A DNA stretch of 64,000 nt. Origin: Patescibacteria group bacterium (GTDB taxonomy: Bacteria; Patescibacteriota; Microgenomatia; JAMCZE01). The position numbers and the translations under genes were made by a program. A model generated the notes under the pieces. The model searched no databases. It had not been told where the DNA came from and worked only from the letters and a program-made list of their open reading frames with translations. The stretch is from contig JAMCZE010000007.1 of assembly GCA_023485845.1 (NCBI GenBank), positions 11,391 through 75,390 of the forward strand. Direction: 5' to 3'. Positions 34,122-44,485 of the stretch are shown here, in pieces. Position 1 is the stretch's first letter, and every line of letters begins with the position of its first letter.

Positions 34122-36479
34122 TCAATATAAATGGCTGCGGGAGGCGATTTCCGCCTCCACTTCCCGAACATCCCGGCCATATTTTAGCGAAGAAAGTTCC
34201 TTGACCATTTCTGCCACTTTAGGATTTCGGGCGGCGTTAATTTTTTTGAAGTCGTGGTCAATTTCCATGGAAAAGGCCGGGGTCGGCTCGTTGTTCACCA
34301 GGGTTTTAACATAGCAATTGAAAGCCTCCACTTTGAGAAGATCCGATTCGCCAAACGTCGGGGCAAATTCATGGGCCAAAAACTGGGCGTCGGCCACCCC
34401 GCCGCGAAAAGCAATCTTGGTCCCAACGTTACCAAATATCGCGTTTTTAATGTCCTCTTCGACCTGGGCGATAAATTGATTGGCCACCGTTAAATTAAGG
34501 GCATATTTTCTTGCCTCGGACAAAATGGTGGCAAAATCCGGGGTGGCAAAGTTTTGAAACTCGTCAACATAAAGATAGAAGTCACGGCGTTGCTCGGCAG
34601 GAATGTTTTGCCGGGAGGTGGCGGCAGAGAGAATCTTTGGCACCAAAAGGCTGCCCATAAAACTGCTGTTTTCTTCCCCGATCAAGCCTTTGGCCAAATT
34701 AACGATAATAATTTTGCCCTCATCCATGGCTTGGCGAAAATCAAAAGACGAGGAAGACTGGCCGACAATGTTGCGCATTAACTTATTGGTCACGAACCGG
34801 CCGAATTTAGAAACGATGTAGTCCAAGGTTTCCGATTTGTGAAATTCACTGGTGGCGGCAATTTGCTCCGTCCAGAATTTTTTGACAATTTGGTCGTTAA
34901 CTTTGGGCAGCAGTTCCTGCAAATAGGGCCCACCGGGGTCCTGGAGAATGCGCATCACCTCAATGATTGTTCCCCGCGGCTCCGCCTCCATCACGGTTAA
35001 CATCGCGTTGCGGACCGAGTGTTCGAGGCGCGGGCCAACAATGCCTGTCTGGTGCGGGTCAAAAAGTTTATAGAGCAGCCCGATAAATCCGGCAACAGTG
35101 AGATGGCGCTCATACTCATCGTGGGATTCCATAATGTTCCAGCCAAACGGCCGGGCGGTGTTAGAAACGTCAAAATAAATCACGTCCTCGGCCCGCTCCG
35201 GCGGCAGGGATTCCATAATCTGCTCATAAGTGTCGTGGGGGTCAATAAAGCAAACGCCCCGGCCGGCCCGGATGTCTTGAAGGACCATCTGGGCCAAGAG
35301 AGTCGACTTGCCGGTGCCGGTGGCCCCGACAATGTAGACATGGCGGCGACGGTCTGGGTTAAGAAGGTACACCGGCCGGTCTTGGCCACGAAAGATAGAT
35401 TTTCCCAGATATAAATCGCCCTTATCCGGCACTTCCTGGGGAGCCGGCGCCCGTTTGGCATTAAGCCAGAAAATGTTGGGCGTTTCGATGCTTTTGTTGG
35501 GAAAATGAAAAACTGTCGCCAGTTCTTCGCACGTTAAGACCGACGGCTTTTTAAACAGCGGCTGGTAACGGTAGATGAAATCGGTCATGAAGTTTTGCTG
35601 GATGCGGATTTTGTCGCCAGTGAAAAAGTTCTGATCGGAGGAAAACTGGGCAAAAGCACTTTTAATGTTATCTAAAATTACTTTTGCTTGGTCGGCGGTT
35701 GGGGCGTTGGCCACGATCCGGATTGAGGTATTAAACCCGGGTTTGCCGGTTTTATTTTCAATGGCCTCCAAGGTTTTGGCGTCCACGTTAAACCGGGCCT
35801 TTTCTGGGTCGGCCTCGTTTTTCTTTGTCTTGCTGATGAATTTGCGGCCAAAACCACGCCATTTGGAATCGGCCGGGGCAACAATAAACTGAATGGCGGC
35901 CGCCTCGCCTTTGTCCAGTTTAGCCAGGGCGGAAGTCATCTGGGAAAGCGGGTCCACGGCCAAATCCCGGAAGGACTTAATGGGAAAGTAGTCGGAAAAT
36001 TTTAGTTTTAAACTGGCATAGGCCACCTCACCCTGTTCGGTGAACAGGTTAAAGTCCTCCACTTGGGTGATCACCGCCCCGGGATAAGTGCCGTTAATCT
36101 GTTTTTCCAGCAATTCCCGTTGTCTAGCGGAGACGGAAACATAAAAGCGGATGTCACCAGGCAGGCCGACAATTTCAAAAGCCACGTGTTCCTGAATCTT
36201 AAGAAATTCAAAATCAAACCAGCCGCTTTTCCCTCGATAAAGGGTATATAACGAGGAGAAAAGTTGTTCCATTGCGTCAATTTTCACTTCATTGTCGCGC
36301 GGCACCGCCACCTGTAAGGTCACAAAATCTAGGGCGTGTTCTTCTCTTCCCCGCCATTTATAAAATTGAATAAAAAGCCAACCGGCCACTCCGCCGACCG
36401 CCGCCAACAGCCCCAGTGAACCGAGAATAAAAATTAGCCCGATAATTATGGCCGGAAAATTAGAAATCAAATCGATCAT
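34122..36479 (-). CDS. VirB4/TraD/HerA-like membrane-anchored ATPase
   Basis: RRHVYIVGATGTGKS, FIDPH, LYVDEFQNF and SEARKY motifs. Confidence 0.9.
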   Translation of the reverse strand: MIDLISNFPAIIIGLIFILGSLGLLAAVGGVAGWLFIQFYKWRGREEHALDFVTLQVAVPRDNEVKIDAMEQLFSSLYTLYRGKSGWFDFEFLKIQEHVAFEIVGLPGDIRFYVSVSARQRELLEKQINGTYPGAVITQVEDFNLFTEQGEVAYASLKLKFSDYFPIKSFRDLAVDPLSQMTSALAKLDKGEAAAIQFIVAPADSKWRGFGRKFISKTKKNEADPEKARFNVDAKTLEAIENKTGKPGFNTSIRIVANAPTADQAKVILDNIKSAFAQFSSDQNFFTGDKIRIQQNFMTDFIYRYQPLFKKPSVLTCEELATVFHFPNKSIETPNIFWLNAKRAPAPQEVPDKGDLYLGKSIFRGQDRPVYLLNPDRRRHVYIVGATGTGKSTLLAQMVLQDIRAGRGVCFIDPHDTYEQIMESLPPERAEDVIYFDVSNTARPFGWNIMESHDEYERHLTVAGFIGLLYKLFDPHQTGIVGPRLEHSVRNAMLTVMEAEPRGTIIEVMRILQDPGGPYLQELLPKVNDQIVKKFWTEQIAATSEFHKSETLDYIVSKFGRFVTNKLMRNIVGQSSSSFDFRQAMDEGKIIIVNLAKGLIGEENSSFMGSLLVPKILSAATSRQNIPAEQRRDFYLYVDEFQNFATPDFATILSEARKYALNLTVANQFIAQVEEDIKNAIFGNVGTKIAFRGGVADAQFLAHEFAPTFGESDLLKVEAFNCYVKTLVNNEPTPAFSMEIDHDFKKINAARNPKVAEMVKELSSLKYGRDVREVEAEIASRSHLY

Positions 36480-36925
36480 GGTTTTTGCCGAAAAATCTTG
36501 CCCTTAATTCTTTTGACATGATAGTGGGCTTTTAGCAATTGATAGATAAACCACTCGACCAACCAACGAAAACCGGACGAAGTGGGCCTGTGCTGCCCCA
36601 AAGTTAATTGATCGTCGGACAAACTGGTTCCGCGCACACTAAAACCAGTGGCACTGGAGACAGCCGTTTGCTCGGTCACCGTTGGCTTAACGCCCATTTC
36701 TTTAGCTAATTTCTCCGGCACCGGCACTTCCCCGCTTTCCACTTTCTCCACGCCGCCTAACTGCTCGATTTCTTTTTCCAGCTCGATTTCCCGGGAATAG
36801 TTTTCCCAATACTCATCCCCCTCCGCCTTCGCCACCGCATCGGCACTAAGTGGTGCTTGTTCTTTTAACTTTGGAGCCAACGGCGTCTGGTTATTCGTCT
36901 TGTTCCCCGTCTGGTTATCTTGCAT
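36476..36925 (-). CDS. Hypothetical protein coupled to the ATPase gene
   Basis: ATGA overlap; C-terminal RWLVEW...H. Confidence 0.65.
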   Translation of the reverse strand: MQDNQTGNKTNNQTPLAPKLKEQAPLSADAVAKAEGDEYWENYSREIELEKEIEQLGGVEKVESGEVPVPEKLAKEMGVKPTVTEQTAVSSATGFSVRGTSLSDDQLTLGQHRPTSSGFRWLVEWFIYQLLKAHYHVKRIKGKIFRQKP

Positions 36926-36943
36926 ATTTCCAGCATACCATTT

Positions 36944-37993
36944 TTAGACAAGTTCCACACTGTGGGCGCGACTTTCCAGAAGACCGGCGTGGGTGATTTG
37001 CAAAAACTGGGCCTTTTTCCATAACTGTCTAATATCGGCCGCCCCGCAATAGGAAAATCCGGAACGGATCCCGGCACACAGCTCATCTAAAACCGGCCCC
37101 ACCGGACCCTTGTAGCGCACCAAAGCCTCCACCCCTTCAATGTGCAATTTAAAATGCGGTTTCTGACCATTATGTTTTTTCAGCTGCCGCTCTTTTTCCA
37201 ACTTTGAAGTTGAACCATTATATTCTTTATAAACCACGCCGTCTTTTTTCACCACTGTGCCAGGAGCTTCATCGGTGCCCGCCAGTTGCGAGCCGACAAT
37301 CACGGCGCTGGCCCCCAGAGCCAGGGCCTTAACAATGTCCCCGGAACTTTTGGTTCCTCCGTCGGCAATAACAAATTTGTTTTTAAATTTCCTGGCCGCC
37401 GCCACCGCAGCCTCAATCGCCGTCACTTGGGGCACGCCGCAGCCGGTCATCACCCGCGTGACGCAAATCGTGCCCGCTCCCACCCCCACCCGCACTCCGT
37501 CGGCGCCATGGGCAAAAAGGTCCGCCGCCCCCTCCTGGGTGGCAATCACACCGGAAAGCAGCGGCAGTTTGGGAAATTTATTCTTCAGTTGGGCCGTTAT
37601 CTCCAAACAGTGAGTCATGTGCCCATGGGCCACGTCCACCGTCAACCCGTCAGCCCCGGCCGCCACGCAAAATCTTGCCCGGGTCATGACATCATCACGA
37701 AGACCCAGGGCCGCAAAGACCCGTTGGCCGGTTTTTTTAACCGCCGCTATGTTGGCCGCCTGACCTTGGGGCCCGTCAAACCGCGGCATTAAAGCCAGAC
37801 CGCCTTTTTGAGACATCACCGTAGCCATTGCCACGCCCGTGACCGTGTCCATGTTCACGGAAATAATGGGAATATCCAGAAAAAATCCGGGGGCGATTTC
37901 TGTTTTTAAATTAACATCGGCTCGGGAGACAATTTCCGACCGTTGCGGAACCAAAAGAATATCGTCAAAAGACAAACCAAACGGAATCTTCAT
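36944..37993 (-). CDS. guaB: IMP dehydrogenase/GMP reductase family, lacking CBS domains
   Basis: [33 protein letters not shown] and EGVE motifs. Confidence 0.88.
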   Translation of the reverse strand: MKIPFGLSFDDILLVPQRSEIVSRADVNLKTEIAPGFFLDIPIISVNMDTVTGVAMATVMSQKGGLALMPRFDGPQGQAANIAAVKKTGQRVFAALGLRDDVMTRARFCVAAGADGLTVDVAHGHMTHCLEITAQLKNKFPKLPLLSGVIATQEGAADLFAHGADGVRVGVGAGTICVTRVMTGCGVPQVTAIEAAVAAARKFKNKFVIADGGTKSSGDIVKALALGASAVIVGSQLAGTDEAPGTVVKKDGVVYKEYNGSTSKLEKERQLKKHNGQKPHFKLHIEGVEALVRYKGPVGPVLDELCAGIRSGFSYCGAADIRQLWKKAQFLQITHAGLLESRAHSVELV

Positions 37994-38061
37994 CAGCCGG
38001 GGGCGAACTCTTCCCTTTTTAATAATATGCGATAACCAGACCGGGCTGTCAATAACCAGTT

Positions 38062-38580
38062 TTATTTCCAAACCGTTTCTTTGGCCCCTTTTTTAAAATT
38101 CACCCACCGGGCCAGGCAGAAAAGATAATCGGAGAGTCGATTTAAATATTTAAGAATAGGTTCTAGTGACTGGTGACTAGTGGCTAGCTGCACAACGCTG
38201 CGTTCGGCCCGCCGGGCCACAGCTCTAGCCAAGAACAGTTCGTTATTGGGCAAAATGAAATTTGCCAGTTCCGGCATCTGGCCCCACATGTCATCAATTT
38301 CTTCCTCCATTACCAGCACTTTTTCTTCCAGTTTTAGATCTTTTCCGGTATAGCCGGCAATCACACTGCCGATCGCAAACAAGTCTTTTTGAATTTCCAC
38401 CAACTTGCTTTCCTGCTTACTTGCTTTCCTGCTTTGGATAATTACTCCCAGGTGTGAATTTAATTCGTCAAGCGTGCCCACCGCTTCGATGCGCGGATCA
38501 GTTTTTGAAAGTCTCACCCCACCCAGCATCCCCGTCTCCCCGGCATCCCCTTTTCTGGTATAAATGCTTGCCTTTGTCAT
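38062..38580 (-). CDS. PduO-type cob(I)alamin adenosyltransferase
   Basis: IYTRKGDAG, GTLDELNS, ARRAER and YLNRLSDYLF motifs. Confidence 0.93.
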   Translation of the reverse strand: MTKASIYTRKGDAGETGMLGGVRLSKTDPRIEAVGTLDELNSHLGVIIQSRKASKQESKLVEIQKDLFAIGSVIAGYTGKDLKLEEKVLVMEEEIDDMWGQMPELANFILPNNELFLARAVARRAERSVVQLATSHQSLEPILKYLNRLSDYLFCLARWVNFKKGAKETVWK

Positions 38581-38966
38581 TTTTTAATCTTTTGACAATG
38601 CTTCTTAAACCATGAGGCGATTTCGGCAATTTCAGGTCTGGTTCGCTCCACGAACAACGGGAAATTGGCCGCTTCGTCATTGGTGGCAGAAAACTTATAG
38701 CCATTCAAAAATAATAATCGGTCGGCGCTAAATAGGGCTGCCCGTTTATTGCCGTCCACAAATGGATGATCAAAGATTATCCCATGAAGCAAAGCCGCCG
38801 CCTTCTCAAAAATGGTCACATAAAGGTCTTCCCCACCAAAACTCGCTTGGCAACGAAAAACAGCAGAATCTAGCAAATTATCGTCGCGAATTCCCAATGT
38901 GCCGCCGAACATCTCCACATATCGGTCATGCAATTCCACCACATCGCTCACCGAGAGGTGTTTCAT
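38577..38966 (-). CDS. doc: Doc/Fic toxin
   Basis: HPFVDGNKRAA motif, 129 aa. Confidence 0.92.
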   Translation of the reverse strand: MKHLSVSDVVELHDRYVEMFGGTLGIRDDNLLDSAVFRCQASFGGEDLYVTIFEKAAALLHGIIFDHPFVDGNKRAALFSADRLLFLNGYKFSATNDEAANFPLFVERTRPEIAEIASWFKKHCQKIKK

Positions 38967-39125
38967 CCTGTTGCTAGCTTCTTAAGGGCCGGAGCATACT
39001 TCTTCGCTGTTTGATTTAACCAATGATCGAACTCCGAAGAGATTTCCCTCTTACTGGCTTTTGTCGGACGATAGGCAAAACTATGGTCAACCAAATATGG
39101 CTCCACCTTATCGCCCGGTCGGAGA

Positions 39126-39666
39126 GTGACACTCCTCGCAGCAAGCTGCGAGGCATCTGCATTGCTAAAATAGCCTGAGTTGGTCTTTTGATATTTGGAC
39201 ATAGTCTTTTGGTCTTCCTTGGTTTCTGATGTACTTTTGGATGACTGTCTCAGAATTGCTTCGTCCTACTGAATTTACGAAATACCCGTCAGTCCAAAAC
39301 TGGGCTCCCCAAAGGCTTTCCCTCAACCCGGCAACTCGTTTGAGAAGTTCCCGGGCCAGGATACTTTTGACCGTTCTGGCAATTTTGGTAGGAGAATATG
39401 TAGGCACTGACTGGATCAAAAAATGGACATGATCACCGTCGGCCCCAATCTCCACAAAATGCATCTCGTACCTTTGGGAAATTTCCTGACAGATCTGTTT
39501 TAGTTGGGCATCCACCTCTGTCGAGATCACGAGTTGCCTTCCCTTGGCCACACAAACCAGATGGTACAAAAGCACCGAGACATTGTGCGCTTTGTGTATG
39601 TAGATACTCACGCATACAATTTTACCCTCTCGCGGCAAAGCCGCGGGGAATGAACCCTAAAAGAGA
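39126..39666 (-). mobile_element. IS200/IS605-family element (tnpA only), copy 1
   Basis: 541 bp identical to 48399-48939; subterminal hairpins; no target duplication. Confidence 0.93.
39165..39611 (-). CDS. tnpA: Y1 HUH transposase
   Basis: YHLV, DHVHFL, FWTDGY and YIRNQ motifs. Confidence 0.95.
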   Translation of the reverse strand: MSIYIHKAHNVSVLLYHLVCVAKGRQLVISTEVDAQLKQICQEISQRYEMHFVEIGADGDHVHFLIQSVPTYSPTKIARTVKSILARELLKRVAGLRESLWGAQFWTDGYFVNSVGRSNSETVIQKYIRNQGRPKDYVQISKDQLRLF

Positions 39667-39795
39667 TTCAGTTTTGTTGCCACCTCTCGGGGCACCGAAA
39701 CGGCCCAAGTGTTCCCTGCCTTGAAAATTGTTAAAGTCATGTTAGAACAGATGTTATAACATCCATTATTTTCTGTCAAGTGCTAAAATATATTC

Positions 39796-40188
39796 ATGTT
39801 CAAAGTCCCGAAGAAAACATCAGTTTGGAAAACGCCGTTTAATTCGCCGGTGGGGCACATGACCTTTGCGCCGGAATTAATTAAATTCATTAAGCAAAAA
39901 AATAAGTATCGTACTTATCGTTTCGCTGATGAAAAATATTCCGCAATTAAAGTCGGTGACATTGTGGCCATCAAACAAAATTTTATTGAGGAGCCGATCA
40001 GTCAAGCAAGAATCACCCAAGTAGCAAAAGTCAAGTTCATTGGTCTGCCGTATAAAACAGAAGGTGCCCACGAAAGCTGCGACAGCAAGGAACACCAGCG
40101 GAAAGTTTTAAGTGGCTACTATGCCTACCTTGGCCGGCCAATTCAGGACGACGACCCCTTCGTCGTCATTGATTTTGAGTTAATTTAG
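39796..40188 (+). CDS. ASCH/PUA-like domain protein
   Basis: K..TYR, IKVGDIV and VVIDFELI pattern. Confidence 0.75.
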   Translation: MFKVPKKTSVWKTPFNSPVGHMTFAPELIKFIKQKNKYRTYRFADEKYSAIKVGDIVAIKQNFIEEPISQARITQVAKVKFIGLPYKTEGAHESCDSKEHQRKVLSGYYAYLGRPIQDDDPFVVIDFELI

Positions 40189-40837
40189 CTGGTAGCTGAG
40201 TGAGATTTTCTAAAATTAGATTTGGGTCAAGCCCGGCGTGCAAAAATTCTTCCCGTGGGGTAAAGCCAGTTAAGGTGGCTACAAAGAGCAGTCCAACACT
40301 CTTAGCCGCCTCTAAATCATTTATCGCGTCACCAACATATATTGTCTCATCGCGGTTGATTCCTAGAACTGCCAGTTTCACCAAAGCCTCATCAAAAACC
40401 CGTGGGTCTGGTTTATGATAGGAACAATCTTCACCAGTTTGAAAATGAACATAACTAATTGCTGCCAGGCGGGGAAACTTTTTCATAGTTCTTTCCAGCC
40501 CTTTTTTGGCAGTAGAGCTGACCACTCCGATAACATAGTTTTTTGCTAATTGTTCCAGTGTTTGCTCAACGCCGGGAAACGGCTTGACCGCATGATCGGC
40601 CGGAACGGAAGCAATAAAACCCTGTTCCAAGAAATCAATATCTTTGTCCGGCCAAAGACCATTAAGCATGCCCCGCAACGGATGGCCCCAAAGTTTCTTA
40701 ATATCCTCATGGAGAGGAACTCTTAAGCCTGCTCTTTTTGCAAACGACTGATATATTCCAAAAATCTCTAGGTGGGTTTCAACCGCGTTATCATCCCAAT
40801 CAATAAGAATCGCCCGAGTCCTTTCTAGTAAGTTCAT
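40166..40837 (-). CDS. HAD-family hydrolase
   Basis: IDWDD, VVSS, KPDP and YVGDAIND motifs. Confidence 0.9.
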   Translation of the reverse strand: MNLLERTRAILIDWDDNAVETHLEIFGIYQSFAKRAGLRVPLHEDIKKLWGHPLRGMLNGLWPDKDIDFLEQGFIASVPADHAVKPFPGVEQTLEQLAKNYVIGVVSSTAKKGLERTMKKFPRLAAISYVHFQTGEDCSYHKPDPRVFDEALVKLAVLGINRDETIYVGDAINDLEAAKSVGLLFVATLTGFTPREEFLHAGLDPNLILENLTQLPAKLTQNQ

Positions 40838-40867
40838 GTGACTGATTATAGCAAAATGAGGCCCTAA

Positions 40868-41023
40868 TTATTCACAGCAGGGGTCTTTGAAACCACAGTT
40901 AGGGCAGATGGCCTCTTTTGATCCCGCCACCACCCCGATCGGCGTCCCGCACACCGGACACGGCCGGGTTGGCCTAGCACTTGGAGTATCCGCAGGCGAG
41001 GCATTTGGCGCAGCCTTCTTCAT
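40868..41023 (-). CDS. Small zinc-ribbon protein overlapping the nrdJ end
   Basis: CPVCG...CPNCG...CC. Confidence 0.55.
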   Translation of the reverse strand: MKKAAPNASPADTPSARPTRPCPVCGTPIGVVAGSKEAICPNCGFKDPCCE

Positions 41024-43427
41024 AAACAAACGCCGCCGCGCCGCAAGACGGACAAAGATCGCGCTTAACACTTTGGGTCAAGTATTTTGAATCATGAATT
41101 ATGGTCTGTTGGTTCTCTGCTTTATCCTCTATTCTTGATACTTGATTCAAGTTAAAATGTAGGGAAATCGCCTTGGCCACCGCGTCCGGGAGGGAGCGGA
41201 CCCGGTTTGGCCCGAAGCCCACCGCCGAGCCGCCACCAATGCCGGCAAGCTGATCGACAATTTCCCGGGCCCGTTCCCGCGCCGGCAGATGATTGCCAAA
41301 GCGCAGGGTGGTGGAAATCAATCTCCCCAAAGCTTCCGCCATAGCAGCCACTTCACTGCCCGCCTTGCCGACACTCATAAACACTTCGAATGGATTACCC
41401 TCTTCATCCTGGTTCACGGTGATAAACGCCGTTCCCAGTGGGGTTTCAATCCGATAGGTGGCCCCTTCCACTTTCACCGGCCGCGGTTTTAGCTTCATCT
41501 CGGCAACTGCCGCATGGCCGTTAGCGTGCCCGTTGACATGACCGTTGGGCTTATCATTGGTCCCCAAATTCAGAACCTGAATTTCTTTGCTGCCATCACG
41601 ATAGACAGTGATTCCCCGGCAACCGGTTTCATAAGCCATCACATAAGCATTCCTAATGTCCTCTTGGGTCGCAGAGTTGGCCATGTTAATGGTTTTGGAA
41701 ACCGCATTATCGGTGTATTTTTGAAACGCTGCTTGCATCTTCACATGCCAGGAATAGTCCAGGTCATGGGCAGTCACAAAAAGTTTCCTGATCTCCTGGG
41801 GAATTTCCTCAATGTGGGCAATTGTTCCCTGGTCGGCAATTTTATCCTTAACTCCTTGGGTGAACCAAGGCTGGTCTTTGGCAAGATCTTCGAATAATGT
41901 GTTGAAATAATAAAGCGAGCGCTCCAGGGCATTGGTTTTGACGTAATGTTTGAAAGCAATGGCAAAAATAGGCTCAATTCCCTGGGAAGTGCCGGCCAAA
42001 TGGCCGATGGTTCCCGTCGGGGCAATCGTTGTCACCGTGCAGTTTCTGATTGGCTTGTCATTTTTATAGATACTCTCCGACCATAGCGGAAAAGCCCCTC
42101 GCACTGTTGCCAGCTCTTGGGAAGCCTCGTGACCTTTATCATTAATAAATTTCATCACTTTCTGTGCCAATTGAATTGCCTCATCACTATCATAGGCAAT
42201 CCCCAGTTCCACCAACATATCCGCCCAGCCGCCCACCCCTAGCCCAATGCGCCGGATTAAAGAAACTGTCTCTTTAATCTGGGGAAGGGGGATGGGGTTT
42301 CGTTCAATCACGTCGTCGAGAAATTGGACGGACAATTTTGTCACCCGTTCCAGTTTGTCCCAATCAACGCTTTTGGCTCCGTCATCGGTCGTTTTAACAA
42401 AATATGTTAGGAAAATGCTGCCAAGGTTGCAGGCATCAAAAGGATAAAGCGGCTGCTCGCCACAAGGGTTGGTCGTCTCAATCGGACCCAAACTGGGCAC
42501 CGGATTAGCCGGACCGTCATTGATCCGGTCAATAAAGATCATTCCCGGGTCGCCGGTTTTCCAGGCCGCCTCTGTGATTTCATCCATCACCACCCGTGCA
42601 TCCAGCTGCCCGGTCACCTTTTTTGTCTTTGGATCGACCAGATCATACTTTGTTCCTTCATAATAGGCCTTCATAAAGGCATCGGTGGTGGCCAGGGAAA
42701 TGTTAAAATTGGTTATTCCCCCGCTTTCCTTACAATGGATAAACTCCTGAACATTGGGGTGATCAATGCGCAACACGCCCATATTGGCTCCCCGGCGCGA
42801 GCCGCCTTGTTTAATCTGCTCTGTAGCTGCGTCATAAACTTTCAAAAAAGACACCGGCCCGGAGGCCACCCCTTTAGTGGAACCGACCCGGGAACCGTTC
42901 CCCCGCAGCCGGCTGAAAGCAAAACCGGTTCCGCCACCGCTTTTGTGAATTATCGCTGCCCATTTAATGCCGTTGAAAATTCCTTCAATGGAATCATCCA
43001 CAGGAATAACAAAACAGCCATTATATTGCAGGCCGTTCCCCTTGCCGGCGTTCATCAGGGTTGGCGAGTTCGGAAGAAATTCATGCGAAGCCAGAATTCG
43101 ATAATAATCTTTAGCAATACTTTGAATCTCGTCATATTTTTTGCCAAAATTGGCATTAGCGCTGGCGATGTCCCAAGCCACCCGCCAGCACATTTGGTCC
43201 GGGCTTTCAATCACCTCTCCATTGTCATTTTTTAAAAGATAGCGTTCATTGAGAACTTTAAGGGCTTGCTCTGTCCAGAAACTCTTCGGCAAATCGGCGG
43301 GCATCGGGGGGACAACACTGCCGATATTATTTACCAGACTGTCATGGCCATCCTTTGGGGGTCGTCCGGCCCGGACGATTCTGGGAATGGCTTCGATAAT
43401 TCTGGTTGTCGGTTCAACTTGGGCCAT
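40974..43427 (-). CDS. nrdJ: Class II (adenosylcobalamin-dependent) ribonucleotide reductase
   Basis: PNSPTLMN, NPCGEQPL, TIAPTGT, VSKTIN; TSCPD-like domain and C-terminal zinc ribbon. Confidence 0.95.
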   Translation of the reverse strand: MAQVEPTTRIIEAIPRIVRAGRPPKDGHDSLVNNIGSVVPPMPADLPKSFWTEQALKVLNERYLLKNDNGEVIESPDQMCWRVAWDIASANANFGKKYDEIQSIAKDYYRILASHEFLPNSPTLMNAGKGNGLQYNGCFVIPVDDSIEGIFNGIKWAAIIHKSGGGTGFAFSRLRGNGSRVGSTKGVASGPVSFLKVYDAATEQIKQGGSRRGANMGVLRIDHPNVQEFIHCKESGGITNFNISLATTDAFMKAYYEGTKYDLVDPKTKKVTGQLDARVVMDEITEAAWKTGDPGMIFIDRINDGPANPVPSLGPIETTNPCGEQPLYPFDACNLGSIFLTYFVKTTDDGAKSVDWDKLERVTKLSVQFLDDVIERNPIPLPQIKETVSLIRRIGLGVGGWADMLVELGIAYDSDEAIQLAQKVMKFINDKGHEASQELATVRGAFPLWSESIYKNDKPIRNCTVTTIAPTGTIGHLAGTSQGIEPIFAIAFKHYVKTNALERSLYYFNTLFEDLAKDQPWFTQGVKDKIADQGTIAHIEEIPQEIRKLFVTAHDLDYSWHVKMQAAFQKYTDNAVSKTINMANSATQEDIRNAYVMAYETGCRGITVYRDGSKEIQVLNLGTNDKPNGHVNGHANGHAAVAEMKLKPRPVKVEGATYRIETPLGTAFITVNQDEEGNPFEVFMSVGKAGSEVAAMAEALGRLISTTLRFGNHLPARERAREIVDQLAGIGGGSAVGFGPNRVRSLPDAVAKAISLHFNLNQVSRIEDKAENQQTIIHDSKYLTQSVKRDLCPSCGAAAFVYEEGCAKCLACGYSKC

Positions 43428-43430
43428 AGT

Positions 43431-43871
43431 TTAAGTTAATTTTTCAATAATTTTTTCAAAATCCGCCAGGTCACCAAAATCTAAATAGACACTGGCAAAG
43501 CGGATGTAGGCCACCTTATCAATTTTTTTTAGCTTTTTTAAAACCAGGTTGCCAATTGTTTTGCTGCTCACTTCCGTTGTGTCCTTGCCTCGCAGCTCCT
43601 GCTCAATTTCATCAACTATCGACTCAATCAGTTCGGTGGCCACCGGCCGTTTTTCGGTGGCCCGGACAATGCCTTTGTGCAACTTGTCCCGGTCAAACTT
43701 TTCCCGTCGCCCGTCTTTTTTAATAACAATCAATTCCACATTTTCCACCCGTTCATAGGTGGTGAACCGCTTGCCACATTTCTGGCACTGTCGGCGCCGG
43801 CGGGTGGCAGCCTCCCCGTCTCGTGTCTCGACCACTTCTGTTTCGTTTGCACCGCAGTATGGACACTTCAT
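43431..43871 (-). CDS. nrdR: Transcriptional repressor NrdR
   Basis: MKCPYC, RRRRQC..C..RFTTYE and AYIRFASVY motifs. Confidence 0.97.
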   Translation of the reverse strand: MKCPYCGANETEVVETRDGEAATRRRRQCQKCGKRFTTYERVENVELIVIKKDGRREKFDRDKLHKGIVRATEKRPVATELIESIVDEIEQELRGKDTTEVSSKTIGNLVLKKLKKIDKVAYIRFASVYLDFGDLADFEKIIEKLT

Positions 43872-43966
43872 ATAGTGACTCTGATAAATTAGAGCACTAT
43901 CGGTGGGGTGTCAATAGCAACTTCTATATCAAAGAGAGGCAAAATTTAGTTCCGTCCCTGGGGCAA

Positions 43967-44485
43967 TTATTTTGCGGGAATTGCTAAACGAAGAAAAATT
44001 TCTTTTACTCGATTACTGCTGTTTCGGTTTTCCCGATCAGCTACGGCCAAGACATCGGAGTCTTTCCCGGAAACTTTCAGGGTTAAAGCGGCAATCACTT
44101 CTGAATGTTTTGATGTCGCGATTGTCAGTTTAGACCACAAGTCTTGGGCATCTTTTGTTTGAGGTGCTGCATCCACTGCCGCAGAAAAATAATCCTGCGC
44201 CTGGACCACTGTCTGTGCTCCCAGAGTCTTTTCTCCTTTGTCAATCAGCATCTCCCCCGCCGCCAGCCTTTTGTCCGACAGCATCAATTCATAAAAAGCC
44301 TTTTCTTTGGGGTCGTGGACAAGAAACAGCGTCACCTGGTCACGAAAAACTTTGAGGAAATAAACCGGGCTGTCCGGTAACATCCCGGGATATGGCAGCG
44401 CGTAGTCCACCGCCACCGCCGGCCGGGCGGCCAACAGTCCGCCAAGATAAAGAACCAAGATTGCAACTAGAAATTTCTTAACCAC
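43967..44485 (-). CDS. Secreted DUF5667-like protein
   Basis: Signal peptide followed by LPYPGMLPDSPVYFLK. Confidence 0.7.
   Translation of the reverse strand: MVKKFLVAILVLYLGGLLAARPAVAVDYALPYPGMLPDSPVYFLKVFRDQVTLFLVHDPKEKAFYELMLSDKRLAAGEMLIDKGEKTLGAQTVVQAQDYFSAAVDAAPQTKDAQDLWSKLTIATSKHSEVIAALTLKVSGKDSDVLAVADRENRNSSNRVKEIFLRLAIPAK

Larger units (their letters stand above)
38963..39740 (-). pseudogene. AbrB/MazE-type antitoxin interrupted by IS200
   Basis: Removing 39126-39666 restores a 78-aa ORF MTLTIFKAGNTWAVSVPREVATKLNLRPGDKVE... Confidence 0.85.

Noticed and set aside
34122-36479. Conjugative system
   Set aside because: Only a lone VirB4/TraD-like ATPase with no relaxase or mating-pair genes nearby; more likely a core CPR gene.
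36821-36850. Possible degenerate palindromic-repeat insertion (LSADAVAKAE)
   Set aside because: Too degenerate, with no second copy in the window.
40974-43427. Intein or intron in nrdJ; NGH repeats near 41510-41550
   Set aside because: Length and motifs are continuous; the NGH repeat has period 12 (codon-level linker).
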